From Bacteroidales bacterium (GTDB taxonomy: Bacteria > Bacteroidota > Bacteroidia > Bacteroidales > WCHB1-69), in contig JAFTCA010000080.1 in assembly GCA_017454945.1 (NCBI GenBank), forward strand, positions 9,978 through 73,977: a stretch of 64,000 bases of DNA. Reading direction: 5' to 3'. Positions 28,185 to 37,934 of this stretch are shown here, piece after piece. The notes beneath the pieces are model-generated. The model did no database searches. It had not been told where the DNA came from and saw only the letters and a program-made list of their open reading frames with translations. A program made the position numbers and the translations under genes. Each line of letters begins with the position of its first letter. The stretch's first letter is position 1.

Positions 28185-28383
28185 GTAATTTTTATCACCT
28201 GAAAAAAGATTTCCTGTCAGAAGTTGGCAGAATATGACACGACCGCCTCTTCATGCTGGTACAACAACACTTTCGCCTATTTCTGTGAATTATCCATGTT
28301 GTTATGTAACAACCATTTATGTTCGTCTTTTGAAAAAAAAGAAAAAAAAGCCGCGGCCATGGCAGCCCGTATGGATTTTTTTG

Positions 28384-28391
28384 TATTTTTG
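28384..28391 (+). promoter_or_regulatory. -7 box (TAttTTTG), candidate promoter for the C10 protease gene
   Basis: TATTTTTG lies 151 nt upstream of ATG 28542. It is part of the right copy of the 13-bp inverted repeat. Confidence 0.4.
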
Positions 28392-28541
28392 TGACCTATA
28401 TCTAAAAATATCGAAAAAAGAATAAAACTTTATCAATAAACATGTTGGCACGATTTTTGTAGAATAAGAAATAGAGAATGGAGAAAAGTTTTGCCGCATA
28501 ATAACCTGAAACAGACAATTAATCATTAAACAACAACTACT

Positions 28542-30719
28542 ATGAAAAAGACCATTGCATTAGTCCTCTCTTTGTTTGTCTTTGCTCAAGTATTTGCTAC
28601 TGAAGTGGTTCCCGTAGAAAGCGCCAGAAAGGCATCTAAGAATTTCCTTTCGGCACGCTACAAAACCATGTCGGATATCAAAACGACCGACTTAACTTTG
28701 AAGCATACCGAGCTGAATGAAAATGGAGAACCCGTTTACTATCATTTTCAGATAAAGGACAAAGGCTTTATTCTGGTTTCGGCCACCGACCAAGTTATCC
28801 CCGTTTTGGCCTACTCCATTGAATCAAATTTGGAGTCGAACGAATCTGTTGACTTCATGTTGGGCTCTTACAAGAATTACATCAGCCAAGTGCAAGCCTA
28901 CAATGTATCGGATGCCAACGCAGCCAAGGCTTGGGCTCAATACACGGCTGACAACTTTGTACAGACCAAAGCCGACCTGAGATCTGTTGACCGTTTGACA
29001 ACCTCGGTTTTCAACCAACAGTATCCCTATAACACTTACTGTCCGTATGACGCAGCCACTCAAGGCGACAGAAACAAGAAGGTTCCCAATGGTTGTGTAT
29101 CTGTAGCTATGGGTACCATTCTCAACTACTTCCGTTACCCCACCCAAGGTTTCAGCGGTGTATCCTACATTCCTGAAAAATATGACCGTCAGGAAGTTAA
29201 ATTCCGCGACTACACTTACAACCACGATGCTATTGCTGCTGCTCCCAACACCGATAACGGCGAGTTGGCCAAGTTGCTCTATCATGCAGGCGTATCAGTA
29301 AGAATGGGCTACGGTCCTACCGGCTCGGGTGCCGCCTCGGCTGAAGCATTGGAATCACTTAAATATTACTGGCAATACAACCAATCGGCCTACATGCAGA
29401 CCCAGGATGTATTCTCGGGCGGTGCCAAAATGTGGGGCGACTCCATTTTGAAACCCCAACTTGACAGATGCATTCCTATTTACTACTCCGCTCAAAACAA
29501 GGAAGAGAACGGTAGCGGTCACGCATTCGTCATCGACGGCTACAAAGAGGTAATGGAAGGCGACAATGTAGTCACCTATTTCCGCGTTAACTGGGGATGG
29601 GGTGGAATAAGTAATGGCGACTTCCTGATTGACATGCTCAATCCTCCCATTCACGGTGACGAAGTTGAAGACGGTAACTTCATCTACCACGTAGGTGTTA
29701 TGTTGAACATGACTCCTCCTGATTCCGCTTGCCAAAAGCCTGCTGAAGGCTTCATCAGAAACACGGCCAGCTTCGGTTCCATCAGCGATGGTGCAGGTCA
29801 TGTTGACTACCCCAACAACACCAACAGAACATGGATGATCGCTGCTCCCGATGCCAAATCATACACATTCACCTTTGGACGTTTGAACACCGAGCAACTT
29901 CAGGACATCATCACCATCTACAACGGTCCGTCAGAATCTGACGGTGTGGCTTACACCTTCTCGGGCCACTACACCTTCGAAGAGCTGCCCGCACCTGTCA
30001 CCATCACAGCCGACAGCGTACTGGTTAAGTTCACCTCCGATGGTTCCAACACCGACAAAGGATTTGTACTGTACTACACCTCTTCCTTCAAGTCCAATCC
30101 TTCCTGCTCGACCAGCCCCGTGTTTATCACCCAAGCCAAAGGATCTATCTCCGACGGCAGTCAGGATGGCAAGAACTACCGTGCACAAGCCAACTGTACT
30201 TGGAACCTCCGTGTAAACGGTGCTTCCACATACAATATCAACTTCAAGAAATTTGAACTGGGTGAAGGCGACTTCGTGGAAATTCTCAACAACCAAGACG
30301 CTCTGCTGGCTCGCTACGACATGCATCACTATCCCAAAGGATATATCCAGTTCCAATCGCCCAGCTTGCTTAGAGTAAAATTCACCGTTGACAACTGGGA
30401 CGAAGGCGAAGGCTTTGTGATGGAATATGCCGCTGGTACTTCTCACATCCCAGACCCCGCAAGCGGCTTGAACGACGTAACCGTTTATCCTAACCCCGCT
30501 ACCGACTTCATCACGCTGAAATTCAACACTGAACATGCTGAAAACGTAGCTGTGAATGTTGTTGATGTAACTGGCAAACAGGTTTACACCGAACAGATCA
30601 ACCACGCTGGTGGCGATTTCCAACGCCAATTCAATATCAGCAACCTGTCGGAAGGTTTCTACATTATGAACCTCGAAACCTCGAAAGGCAAAACTGTTTG
30701 CAAATTCATCGTTCACTAA
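28542..30719 (+). CDS. T9SS-secreted C10-family (streptopain/PrtT-like) cysteine protease with propeptide and CUB-like domains
   Basis: Signal peptide and an N-terminal Spi-like propeptide. Catalytic Cys context NGCVSVAMGTILNYF and His context GSGHAFVIDGY. The C-terminus VTVYPNPATDFITLKF...GFYIMNLETSKGKTVCKFIVH is a type-A T9SS sorting domain. Confidence 0.8.
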   Translation: MKKTIALVLSLFVFAQVFATEVVPVESARKASKNFLSARYKTMSDIKTTDLTLKHTELNENGEPVYYHFQIKDKGFILVSATDQVIPVLAYSIESNLESNESVDFMLGSYKNYISQVQAYNVSDANAAKAWAQYTADNFVQTKADLRSVDRLTTSVFNQQYPYNTYCPYDAATQGDRNKKVPNGCVSVAMGTILNYFRYPTQGFSGVSYIPEKYDRQEVKFRDYTYNHDAIAAAPNTDNGELAKLLYHAGVSVRMGYGPTGSGAASAEALESLKYYWQYNQSAYMQTQDVFSGGAKMWGDSILKPQLDRCIPIYYSAQNKEENGSGHAFVIDGYKEVMEGDNVVTYFRVNWGWGGISNGDFLIDMLNPPIHGDEVEDGNFIYHVGVMLNMTPPDSACQKPAEGFIRNTASFGSISDGAGHVDYPNNTNRTWMIAAPDAKSYTFTFGRLNTEQLQDIITIYNGPSESDGVAYTFSGHYTFEELPAPVTITADSVLVKFTSDGSNTDKGFVLYYTSSFKSNPSCSTSPVFITQAKGSISDGSQDGKNYRAQANCTWNLRVNGASTYNINFKKFELGEGDFVEILNNQDALLARYDMHHYPKGYIQFQSPSLLRVKFTVDNWDEGEGFVMEYAAGTSHIPDPASGLNDVTVYPNPATDFITLKFNTEHAENVAVNVVDVTGKQVYTEQINHAGGDFQRQFNISNLSEGFYIMNLETSKGKTVCKFIVH

Positions 30720-30740
30720 TATCCCTTCACAACCCATCAT

Positions 30741-30771
30741 AAAAGCGGGACACAAAGTCCCGCTTTTTTTT
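30741..30771 (+). terminator. Rho-independent terminator after the C10 protease gene
   Basis: AGCGGGAC-acaaa-GTCCCGCT followed by T8. Confidence 0.8.
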
Positions 30772-30827
30772 ACCCCCTATTCTTGCAAAGTTGCACATGC
30801 AATTCATAAATCTCTCATTTTTTTGCT

Positions 30828-30835
30828 TATCTTTG
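30828..30835 (+). promoter_or_regulatory. -7 box (TAtcTTTG) for 30861..31487
   Basis: TATCTTTG lies 26 nt upstream of ATG 30861. The track start 30846 is a TTG only 11 nt from the box. Confidence 0.5.
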
Positions 30836-30860
30836 CAATGAATAATTGTATGTAGCTGTA

Positions 30861-31487
30861 ATGTTTCTGAACGAAGATTCATTTATAGATTTCCTTTCCG
30901 CTAAAGAAGTGACGTGGGCAGGCATTGACTTCTCCAAGGCCAAGTTCTGTCGCAACGGTTTCGATTTTCCCACCGAAATCATCCAATACTTTTTTAACGA
31001 ATGGAATCTGCTTATCATCTCCGACCAGAAGAAATACGACATCCGACTCAGCTTCAGAAAACCCATCCTTCATTACGACCTCTCCTACATAACCAAACGC
31101 AACAAAACCGTCAAAGCCTCCAGCGCCGTGGTTGACTATATCAGCGTTGAAAACATGTACTCGGAAGAAGAAATCATACAATACTTCGCCAAACTTAACC
31201 TGCCACAACAGACACGCTTCGCCATTTCGGTTTTGGTAGAAGCCTTGGACAAAAACAGCAAAACCGCGGCCTTGTGGATAGTCATCAACGACACCTTGAA
31301 CAAACAAGTGGTTCTTTGCGAAAAGTTTCTCAAAGAGCCAAGCGGTTTTAACACCAAAAGCTACTGGGCCAGAACCTTTTACAACTTATTCTTCGATATT
31401 CAGAAATCATCTTTTGTAAGATGGGAGAACCTCGTCAAGAACAAACAAATTCAGAATACAAAACACCATCAGGACGTAATGTCTTGA
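30861..31487 (+). CDS. Hypothetical cytoplasmic protein
   Basis: 208 aa from ATG 30861, with no signal peptide or TM helix. No family recognised. Confidence 0.5.
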   Translation: MFLNEDSFIDFLSAKEVTWAGIDFSKAKFCRNGFDFPTEIIQYFFNEWNLLIISDQKKYDIRLSFRKPILHYDLSYITKRNKTVKASSAVVDYISVENMYSEEEIIQYFAKLNLPQQTRFAISVLVEALDKNSKTAALWIVINDTLNKQVVLCEKFLKEPSGFNTKSYWARTFYNLFFDIQKSSFVRWENLVKNKQIQNTKHHQDVMS

Positions 31488-31503
31488 TTTAAAAATAATT
31501 ATC

Positions 31504-32850
31504 ATGGGAGCATTTAAAGCATACGACTTTAGAGGAATTTTTGGTAAGGACTTCACCTTGGACGACATATACAAATTCGGCTTCTTTCTGCCCACACTGC
31601 TAAACACAAATAAGATTCTGGTAGGCAGAGATATGCGAACCTCTTCACCTGAGATGTTCAAAGCACTTTCTGAAGGAATCTGCGATGCGGGGGCTGATGT
31701 TTACGACATGGGGCTGACCACTACGCCCATGGTCTATTATTTCACCGCCAAGCACCATTTTGACGCGTCGGTCATGATTACCGCCTCGCACAATCCCAGA
31801 GAATATAACGGGCTCAAGGTTTCGCGCACCAATGCACTGCCAGTAGGTTACGACACAGGACTGGGAGAACTGGAGAGAATGATTAGGGAAGAACAGGTTG
31901 TGCCCACAGCCCAAAAAGGAAACATTGTCAATTATCCCGTCAAGGACGAGTACCTGCAGTTTTTGCAGCAATACAAGTATGACATCTCCAACCTCAAGAT
32001 TGCCATGGACTGCTCGAACGGTATGGCCGGCATTCTGGTGAAAGAGGTTTTCGGCGATGCCCCGACATACATCTACGACAACTTGGACGGCACTTTCCCG
32101 AATCATGAGGCCAACCCGCTGGAACAGGAAAATGTGGCCGACCTGAAAGCGCTTGTCAAAAAGGAGAACGCTGATATCGGCGTTATCTTCGATGGAGATG
32201 CCGACCGCGTAATGTTTGTTGACGAGCGCGGTGAATTCATCTCTCCCGACCTGATGATTGCCGTCATGGCGCATTACTTCATCAAAGAGCGCAAGATGAG
32301 CGGGTTAGTCATACAGGACATTAGAACTTCCAAGTCAGTATCCGAATACATAGAGAAGATGGGGCAGGAAATGTACATCTGGAGGGTAGGTCGTGCCTAT
32401 GCCGCCCTGAAGCTGCGTGAGATTGACGGCATCTATGGCGGAGAGCTTGCCGGCCACTACTACTTCCGCGATTTTTTCTATTCAGACTCTGCCATGGTGG
32501 CTTCGCTCATCATTCTTCACATTTTCAGCGACATGAAAAAGAAGGGCATCCGCGTTTCCGATCTGATTGCCCAAATCGCCACATACGCCAACTCTGGCGA
32601 AATCAACTTCAAAATCGAGAAAAAGGCAGAGGCTATGGAAACCTTGAAGAACCATTTTACCAGCCAGGAGCAATACATCCGGTTTATGGATTTTGATGGT
32701 TACCGCATCGAATTTGCCAACTGGTGGTTTAATGTTAGACCTTCTAACACAGAACCTTATCTTCGCCTTCTTATAGAAGCCAAAGATCCTCAACTACTCA
32801 ACGACAAAGTGGCAGAAGCACGACAAGTACTCAGTGCATTTGTTTCATAA
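31504..32850 (+). CDS. Phosphomannomutase/phosphoglucomutase (alpha-D-phosphohexomutase)
   Basis: Active-site TASHNPREYNG, metal-binding FDGDADR, and a sugar-binding GGELAGH-like loop. Confidence 0.85.
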   Translation: MGAFKAYDFRGIFGKDFTLDDIYKFGFFLPTLLNTNKILVGRDMRTSSPEMFKALSEGICDAGADVYDMGLTTTPMVYYFTAKHHFDASVMITASHNPREYNGLKVSRTNALPVGYDTGLGELERMIREEQVVPTAQKGNIVNYPVKDEYLQFLQQYKYDISNLKIAMDCSNGMAGILVKEVFGDAPTYIYDNLDGTFPNHEANPLEQENVADLKALVKKENADIGVIFDGDADRVMFVDERGEFISPDLMIAVMAHYFIKERKMSGLVIQDIRTSKSVSEYIEKMGQEMYIWRVGRAYAALKLREIDGIYGGELAGHYYFRDFFYSDSAMVASLIILHIFSDMKKKGIRVSDLIAQIATYANSGEINFKIEKKAEAMETLKNHFTSQEQYIRFMDFDGYRIEFANWWFNVRPSNTEPYLRLLIEAKDPQLLNDKVAEARQVLSAFVS

Positions 32851-32873
32851 CCCTATTATTTTCAAAGACTTTT

Positions 32874-35291
32874 ATGGACAAAGAACAATTTATCAACGAA
32901 TTTCTCAATAGCGAATCCAATTTCATCCCTTTGTTTTCGATGGAAGACGAAGAGATCTTGAAGAAAGAGGAATTGCCGGAAACGCTACCGATCCTGCCTT
33001 TACGCAATACTGTTCTGTTTCCGGGCATTATTATTCCCATCACGGTAGGACGCAGCAAATCCATCAAGCTGGCGCAAAAATACTCACGCAACAATGAGCC
33101 TATCGGTGTGGTCACACAAAAAGAGAACGAGGTGGAAGAGCCCACCATTGACGACATTTACAAAGTGGGCACCATGGCACGGATACTGAAATACATCTCC
33201 ATGCCCGACGGTAGCGTCACCATCATCGTGCAAGGCATCAAAAGGTTTTCCGTTCTGGAACTCACTCAAACAGAGCCTTTTTATATGGCCAAAGTGGCCG
33301 ACTATCTCACCAATGACTACGATCCAACCCTTGAAAACAACGAGAATTTCAAGGCGCTGATTGATTCTCTTCGCGATACGGCCATCAATATGATCAAACT
33401 TTCGGGCAACATACCCAAAGAGGCCTCGTTCGCCCTGAAGAACATCGAAAGTCCCTTTTTCCTGCTCAATTTCATCTCGTCCAACCTGTCGGTCACCAAT
33501 CAGGAAAAGCAGAACATTTTGGAAACCCGCGATGTGGTAGATCGTGCCAAGATGGTCTTAAAACTCTTGAACAAAGAGTTACAGTTGCTGGAATTGAAGA
33601 ATCAGATTCAGTTCCAATCGAAGCAGGAGATTGACAAGCAGCAGAAGGAGTATTTCCTGACGCAGCAAATGAAGACCATACAGAAGGAATTGGGCGGCTC
33701 GCCGCAGGACAAAGCCTTAGAAGATATCCAGGCCAAGGCCGCAAAGAAGAAGTGGAACAAAGAGACCCAAGAGTTGTTCGACCGCGAATGGGCCGAACTG
33801 GAACGCACCAGCTCCATGTCGCCCAACTACTCGCTGCAGCTCAGCTACTTGGAACTGCTTGTTGACCTGCCCTGGAACGAGTACAGCAAAGACAACTTCG
33901 ACCTGGCTCGAGCAAAAAAAATACTTGACAAAGACCATTTCGGACTGGAGGAAGTGAAGCGCCGCATCATTGAATATTTGGCGGTACTGAAACTCAAAGG
34001 AGACATGAAGTCACCCATTTTGTGTCTGGTTGGCCCTCCCGGCGTGGGCAAAACCTCGCTTGGGCGTTCCATTGCCAAGGCTTTGGAACGGGAGTACATC
34101 CGTGTATCATTGGGCGGCTTGCGCGACGAGTCGGAAATTCGCGGCCACCGCAGAACCTACATCGGTGCCATGCCCGGCCGTATCATCCAAAGCATACGCA
34201 AAGCCAAAGTGTCGAACCCTGTCTTCGTACTGGATGAAATCGACAAAGTATCGGGTATGACTGTCCAAGGCGACCCATCGGCGGCACTGCTGGAGGTGTT
34301 GGATCCCGAACAGAACAACACATTCTACGACAACTACTTGGAAACCGGCTACGACTTGTCCAAAGTGCTTTTCATCGCCACGGCCAACAACCTCAGCACC
34401 ATTCATCCAGCCCTACTCGACCGTATGGAAGTGATTGATGTGTCGGGCTATTTTCTGGAAGAGAAAATACAGATTGCCAAGCGTCACCTCATCCCGAAAC
34501 AGCTGAAGGAGCACGGCTTGCAGAAAAAACAGCTTTCCTTCTCTGACAAAATCATTGAGAAAATCATTGCCGACTACACTCGTGAGTCGGGCGTACGACT
34601 ACTGGAAAAAACACTGGCAAAGGTAATTAGAAGTCGCGCCGCCGAGTTGGTACAGGAAGGCCATATTGAAAAATCCATCACCGCACAAAACCTCGTCAAG
34701 ATTCTGGGCGCACCCATTTTCCAGAAAGAGCGCTCGTTAGACCACAACATGGTGGGCGTGGCCACTGGTTTGGCATGGACAGCCGTAGGGGGCGAGATTC
34801 TGTTTGTAGAAGCTGTCACCAGCGCCGGCAAGGGCGGTCTCACCATGACAGGCAACTTAGGCGATGTGATGAAGGAATCGGCCACCATCGCTTTCGAGTA
34901 CCTGAAAGCCCACGCCGACGAATATAAGCTGGATCCTGCTGTTTTCCAAGAGAAAAACATCCATCTGCATGTACCCGAGGGTGCCACACCCAAAGATGGA
35001 CCATCGGCGGGCATCACGATACTCACCACCCTCATTTCCGCCTTCACTGGTCGCAAAGTCAGGGACAAAATTGCCATGACCGGTGAAATCACGCTACGCG
35101 GCAAGTTGCTTCCCGTGGGCGGCATCAAGGAAAAAGTGCTGGCGGCCAAGCGGGCGGGCATCTACGACATTGTGTTATCATCTGAAAACAAGAAAGATAT
35201 AGAAGACATCCGCGAGAATTTCATTGAAGGTATGCGCTTCCACTATTTCGATTCGATGAAAGAAGCCATTAAATTCACGGTTACGGAATGA
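32874..35291 (+). CDS. lon: ATP-dependent Lon protease
   Basis: LON N-domain, AAA+ Walker [10 protein letters not shown], and a proteolytic domain with PKDGPSAG (catalytic Ser) and [16 protein letters not shown]. Confidence 0.95.
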   Translation: MDKEQFINEFLNSESNFIPLFSMEDEEILKKEELPETLPILPLRNTVLFPGIIIPITVGRSKSIKLAQKYSRNNEPIGVVTQKENEVEEPTIDDIYKVGTMARILKYISMPDGSVTIIVQGIKRFSVLELTQTEPFYMAKVADYLTNDYDPTLENNENFKALIDSLRDTAINMIKLSGNIPKEASFALKNIESPFFLLNFISSNLSVTNQEKQNILETRDVVDRAKMVLKLLNKELQLLELKNQIQFQSKQEIDKQQKEYFLTQQMKTIQKELGGSPQDKALEDIQAKAAKKKWNKETQELFDREWAELERTSSMSPNYSLQLSYLELLVDLPWNEYSKDNFDLARAKKILDKDHFGLEEVKRRIIEYLAVLKLKGDMKSPILCLVGPPGVGKTSLGRSIAKALEREYIRVSLGGLRDESEIRGHRRTYIGAMPGRIIQSIRKAKVSNPVFVLDEIDKVSGMTVQGDPSAALLEVLDPEQNNTFYDNYLETGYDLSKVLFIATANNLSTIHPALLDRMEVIDVSGYFLEEKIQIAKRHLIPKQLKEHGLQKKQLSFSDKIIEKIIADYTRESGVRLLEKTLAKVIRSRAAELVQEGHIEKSITAQNLVKILGAPIFQKERSLDHNMVGVATGLAWTAVGGEILFVEAVTSAGKGGLTMTGNLGDVMKESATIAFEYLKAHADEYKLDPAVFQEKNIHLHVPEGATPKDGPSAGITILTTLISAFTGRKVRDKIAMTGEITLRGKLLPVGGIKEKVLAAKRAGIYDIVLSSENKKDIEDIRENFIEGMRFHYFDSMKEAIKFTVTE

Positions 35292-35312
35292 CTTTTCTAT
35301 TGAAATTTAAGT

Positions 35313-35320
35313 TATATTTG
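35313..35320 (+). promoter_or_regulatory. -7 box (TAtaTTTG) for ilvE
   Basis: TATATTTG lies 69 nt upstream of ATG 35389. Confidence 0.45.
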
Positions 35321-35388
35321 CGCTGGATGTTTTTGCATCATCTGAAAACAATACAATAATAATTAATAACCAAATAAATCATCTAACT

Positions 35389-36414
35389 ATGGGAAAAAAC
35401 ATTGATTGGAAAAGCCTCTCTTTCGGCTACATGAAAACCGATTACAATGTTCGCTGCTATTATAGAAACGGCGAATGGGGTGAATTGGAAGTATGTTCTG
35501 ACGAATATATTCCGATGCACATGGCAGCCTCTTGCCTTCACTATGGTCAGGAAGCTTTCGAAGGCATGAAAGCTTTCAGAGGAAAAGACGGTAAAGTGCG
35601 TTTGTTCCGTTGGGAAGAAAACTGGAAACGACTCAACAACTCGGCCGACTGCATCATGCTGGCCCCCATTCCGCAAGAGCTGTTCTTCAAAGCCCTTGAA
35701 AAGGTCATCAAACTGAATGCCGAGTACATTCCCCCTTACGGAACCGAAGGCTCTCTCTACATTCGCCCGCTGCTCATCGGTACAGGACCCACCATCGGTG
35801 TGAAACCTGCTGACGAATATCTTTTCGTCATCTTCGTTATGCCTGTTGGTCCTTACTTCAAGGAAGGTTTCAAACCCACCAACATGCAAATTGCCAAAGA
35901 TTACGACCGTGCAGCACCTCTGGGCACCGGCCATGTGAAAGTGGGTGGCAACTACGCCGCTTCGCTGCGCGCAGGTGAAAGAGCTCACAAAGAAGGCTTC
36001 AGCGCCTCCATCTTCGCCGACGCCAAGACCAAAATGTACATCGACGAAGCCGGTCCCGCCAACTTCTTCGGTATTAAAGACGGCAAATATGTGACCCCCG
36101 ATTCAGGCTCCATTCTGCCCTCCATTACCAACATGAGTTTGCGCCAAATTGCAGAGGACTTAGGATTAGTTGTCGAAAGAAGACACATCAAATTAGAGGA
36201 AATTGGCACCTTTGAAGAGGCTGGCGCCTGCGGTACCGCCGCCGTCATCTCCCCCATCCACATGATTCAGGATAGAGAAACCGGCACCGAGTACGTTATC
36301 GCAAAAGACGGTAAACCAGGACCTTGGAGCATCAAGATGCGCGAAACTCTGATGGGAATCCAATACGGAGAAATCGAAGATAAACACCATTGGTGCACCC
36401 TGATTGACTGTTAA
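35389..36414 (+). CDS. ilvE: Branched-chain amino acid aminotransferase
   Basis: 341 aa, class-IV aminotransferase pattern (QEAFEGMKAF, YIRPLLIGTG, GNYAASL, GTAAVISP). Confidence 0.9.
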   Translation: MGKNIDWKSLSFGYMKTDYNVRCYYRNGEWGELEVCSDEYIPMHMAASCLHYGQEAFEGMKAFRGKDGKVRLFRWEENWKRLNNSADCIMLAPIPQELFFKALEKVIKLNAEYIPPYGTEGSLYIRPLLIGTGPTIGVKPADEYLFVIFVMPVGPYFKEGFKPTNMQIAKDYDRAAPLGTGHVKVGGNYAASLRAGERAHKEGFSASIFADAKTKMYIDEAGPANFFGIKDGKYVTPDSGSILPSITNMSLRQIAEDLGLVVERRHIKLEEIGTFEEAGACGTAAVISPIHMIQDRETGTEYVIAKDGKPGPWSIKMRETLMGIQYGEIEDKHHWCTLIDC

Positions 36415-36457
36415 CATTTTTTAACTTTTCAGCCTACACAACAGTTGAAATATTATG

Positions 36458-36465
36458 TATTTTTG
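36458..36465 (+). promoter_or_regulatory. -7 box (TAttTTTG) for the small lipoprotein ORF
   Basis: TATTTTTG lies 49 nt upstream of ATG 36514. Confidence 0.45.
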
Positions 36466-36513
36466 CCGCGTTAAAATTTAACCAACAAAATTATTACATT
36501 AACACTGAAAAAA

Positions 36514-36693
36514 ATGAAAAAATTATTTGCTATCTTAGCTGTTGTAGCTTTCGTTTTCGCCGCTTGCGGTCCCAAAGCTGAAACTACCGAAAATTGTGAC
36601 TCAACCGCTGTTGAAGAAACCGTTGTTGAAGAAGTTGTAGCTGACACTACCGCTTGCGATACTGCAGCAGTTGCTGAATGCGTAGCAGAATAA
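36514..36693 (+). CDS. 59-aa acidic, Cys-containing lipoprotein (not in ORF track)
   Basis: MKKLFAILAVVAFVFAACGPKAETTENCDSTAVEETVVEEVVADTTACDTAAVAECVAE has a signal peptide with lipobox FAAC. It has its own -7 box upstream and a strong terminator downstream. The 101-aa antisense track ORF (36471..36776) spans that terminator and is rejected. Confidence 0.5.
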   Translation: MKKLFAILAVVAFVFAACGPKAETTENCDSTAVEETVVEEVVADTTACDTAAVAECVAE

Positions 36694-36715
36694 TTCTTAT
36701 TCCGCTTAAATAAAA

Positions 36716-36746
36716 AAGGGGCATTGTTGAAATGCCCCTTTTTTAT
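36716..36746 (+). terminator. Rho-independent terminator after the small lipoprotein ORF
   Basis: AAGGGGCATT-gttga-AATGCCCCTT followed by a T-run. Confidence 0.8.
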
Positions 36747-36749
36747 TTG

Positions 36750-36757
36750 TATCTTTG
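36750..36757 (+). promoter_or_regulatory. -7 box (TAtcTTTG) for galK
   Basis: TATCTTTG lies 22 nt upstream of ATG 36779 and overlaps the track's earlier start 36755. Confidence 0.5.
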
Positions 36758-36778
36758 TCTCCTGATAACCGAACAATT

Positions 36779-37933
36779 ATGAACATAGAAGACTTGAAGG
36801 CCGCATTCCGCAACCTCTATGGCTGCGAGGTCGAACATGCCTACTTTGCTCCAGGACGCGTAAACCTGATTGGTGAACACACCGACTACAACGGCGGACT
36901 TGTATTCCCCTGCGCACTCAGCTTCGGCACTTGGCTGCTCATCAGCCGCCGCGGCGACAGCCAGAACAGCCTGCACAGCTTGAACATGGATTTCGCCGCC
37001 ACCATTGACAACTCCATATTTGCAGCATCGCCCAAAGAATGGATCAAGTATCCCGCAGGGGTTATGAAAGAGTTTGCCGATCGCGGACATCACGTCTTCG
37101 GCTACAACATGCTATTTGCCGGCAACGTGCCTCTCGGCTCGTCGCTATCCTCATCTGCCTCCATTGAAGTTGCTACGGCCCTCATGCTGAATGATGTCTG
37201 CCACACACAACTGAACATGACCGACCTCGTCAAGTTATCACAACATGCAGAATGCGACTTTGTGGGTGTGAAATGCGGCATTATGGACCAGTTTGCCTCC
37301 GGCTTTGGCAAAAAAAACCACGCCATTGCCCTCAACTGTGCTACCTTGGACTATGAGCACGTGCCATTCTGCATTGACGGGTATAAATTATTGATAACCA
37401 ACACAAACAAACCTCATTCGCTGGTAGCATCCAAATACAACGACCGCCGGAGAGAGTGCGAAGATGCAGCCCGCACATTGGCAGAAAAATATCCCATCAA
37501 ATTTCTTTGTGAACTGACTGAAGAACAATTTGAAACATCCAAACACCTGATTAAAAATCAAATAGTGCGAAATAGAGCCGAACACGCAGTATATGAAAAT
37601 GCGCGCGTCCACAAGGCCATCGACGCTCTCAAAGCGGGCAATCTGGCTTTTTTCGGGCAACTGATGAACGCCTCGCACCGCTCGCTGAAAGACCTTTACG
37701 AAGTAAGCTGCTTTGAATTAGATACTTTAGCCGAAAACGCCCAACAATACGACGGCGTGCTCGGCAGCCGCATGACTGGCGGCGGCTTCGGGGGCTGTAC
37801 AGTGACACTCATCCAAGCGGACAAAGTGGACGCTTTCATGGCCCATATAGCACCGCTATACAAAGAACAGACGGGGCTTGAAGCCTCCTTCTATATCGCC
37901 GACATTGGCGACGGAGCACAGAAATTGTTCTAA
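36779..37933 (+). CDS. galK: Galactokinase
   Basis: GHMP-kinase signatures: galactokinase motif GRVNLIGEHTDYNGG, ATP-binding PLGSSLSSSAS, and GGGFGGC. Confidence 0.9.
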   Translation: MNIEDLKAAFRNLYGCEVEHAYFAPGRVNLIGEHTDYNGGLVFPCALSFGTWLLISRRGDSQNSLHSLNMDFAATIDNSIFAASPKEWIKYPAGVMKEFADRGHHVFGYNMLFAGNVPLGSSLSSSASIEVATALMLNDVCHTQLNMTDLVKLSQHAECDFVGVKCGIMDQFASGFGKKNHAIALNCATLDYEHVPFCIDGYKLLITNTNKPHSLVASKYNDRRRECEDAARTLAEKYPIKFLCELTEEQFETSKHLIKNQIVRNRAEHAVYENARVHKAIDALKAGNLAFFGQLMNASHRSLKDLYEVSCFELDTLAENAQQYDGVLGSRMTGGGFGGCTVTLIQADKVDAFMAHIAPLYKEQTGLEASFYIADIGDGAQKLF

Positions 37934-37934
37934 A

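Noticed and set aside
26968-28185. 405-aa plus-strand ORF spanning two minus-strand genes and their spacer
   Set aside because: It is antisense to two ORFs with clear family motifs (PfkB DTNGAGD; MauE/thioredoxin CQYC). The translation is low-complexity, H/R/Q-rich, and has no recognisable domain. This is a typical shadow ORF.
28234-28425. 63-aa ORF inside the 383-bp divergent promoter region
   Set aside because: It translates the A8GA8 tract as a K-run and crosses the candidate -7 box. There is no signal of a real protein. The region is better explained as regulatory DNA.
36471-36776. 101-aa minus-strand ORF between ilvE and galK
   Set aside because: It runs through a strong plus-strand terminator hairpin and the galK promoter box. 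The opposite strand encodes a plausible lipoprotein with its own promoter and terminator.
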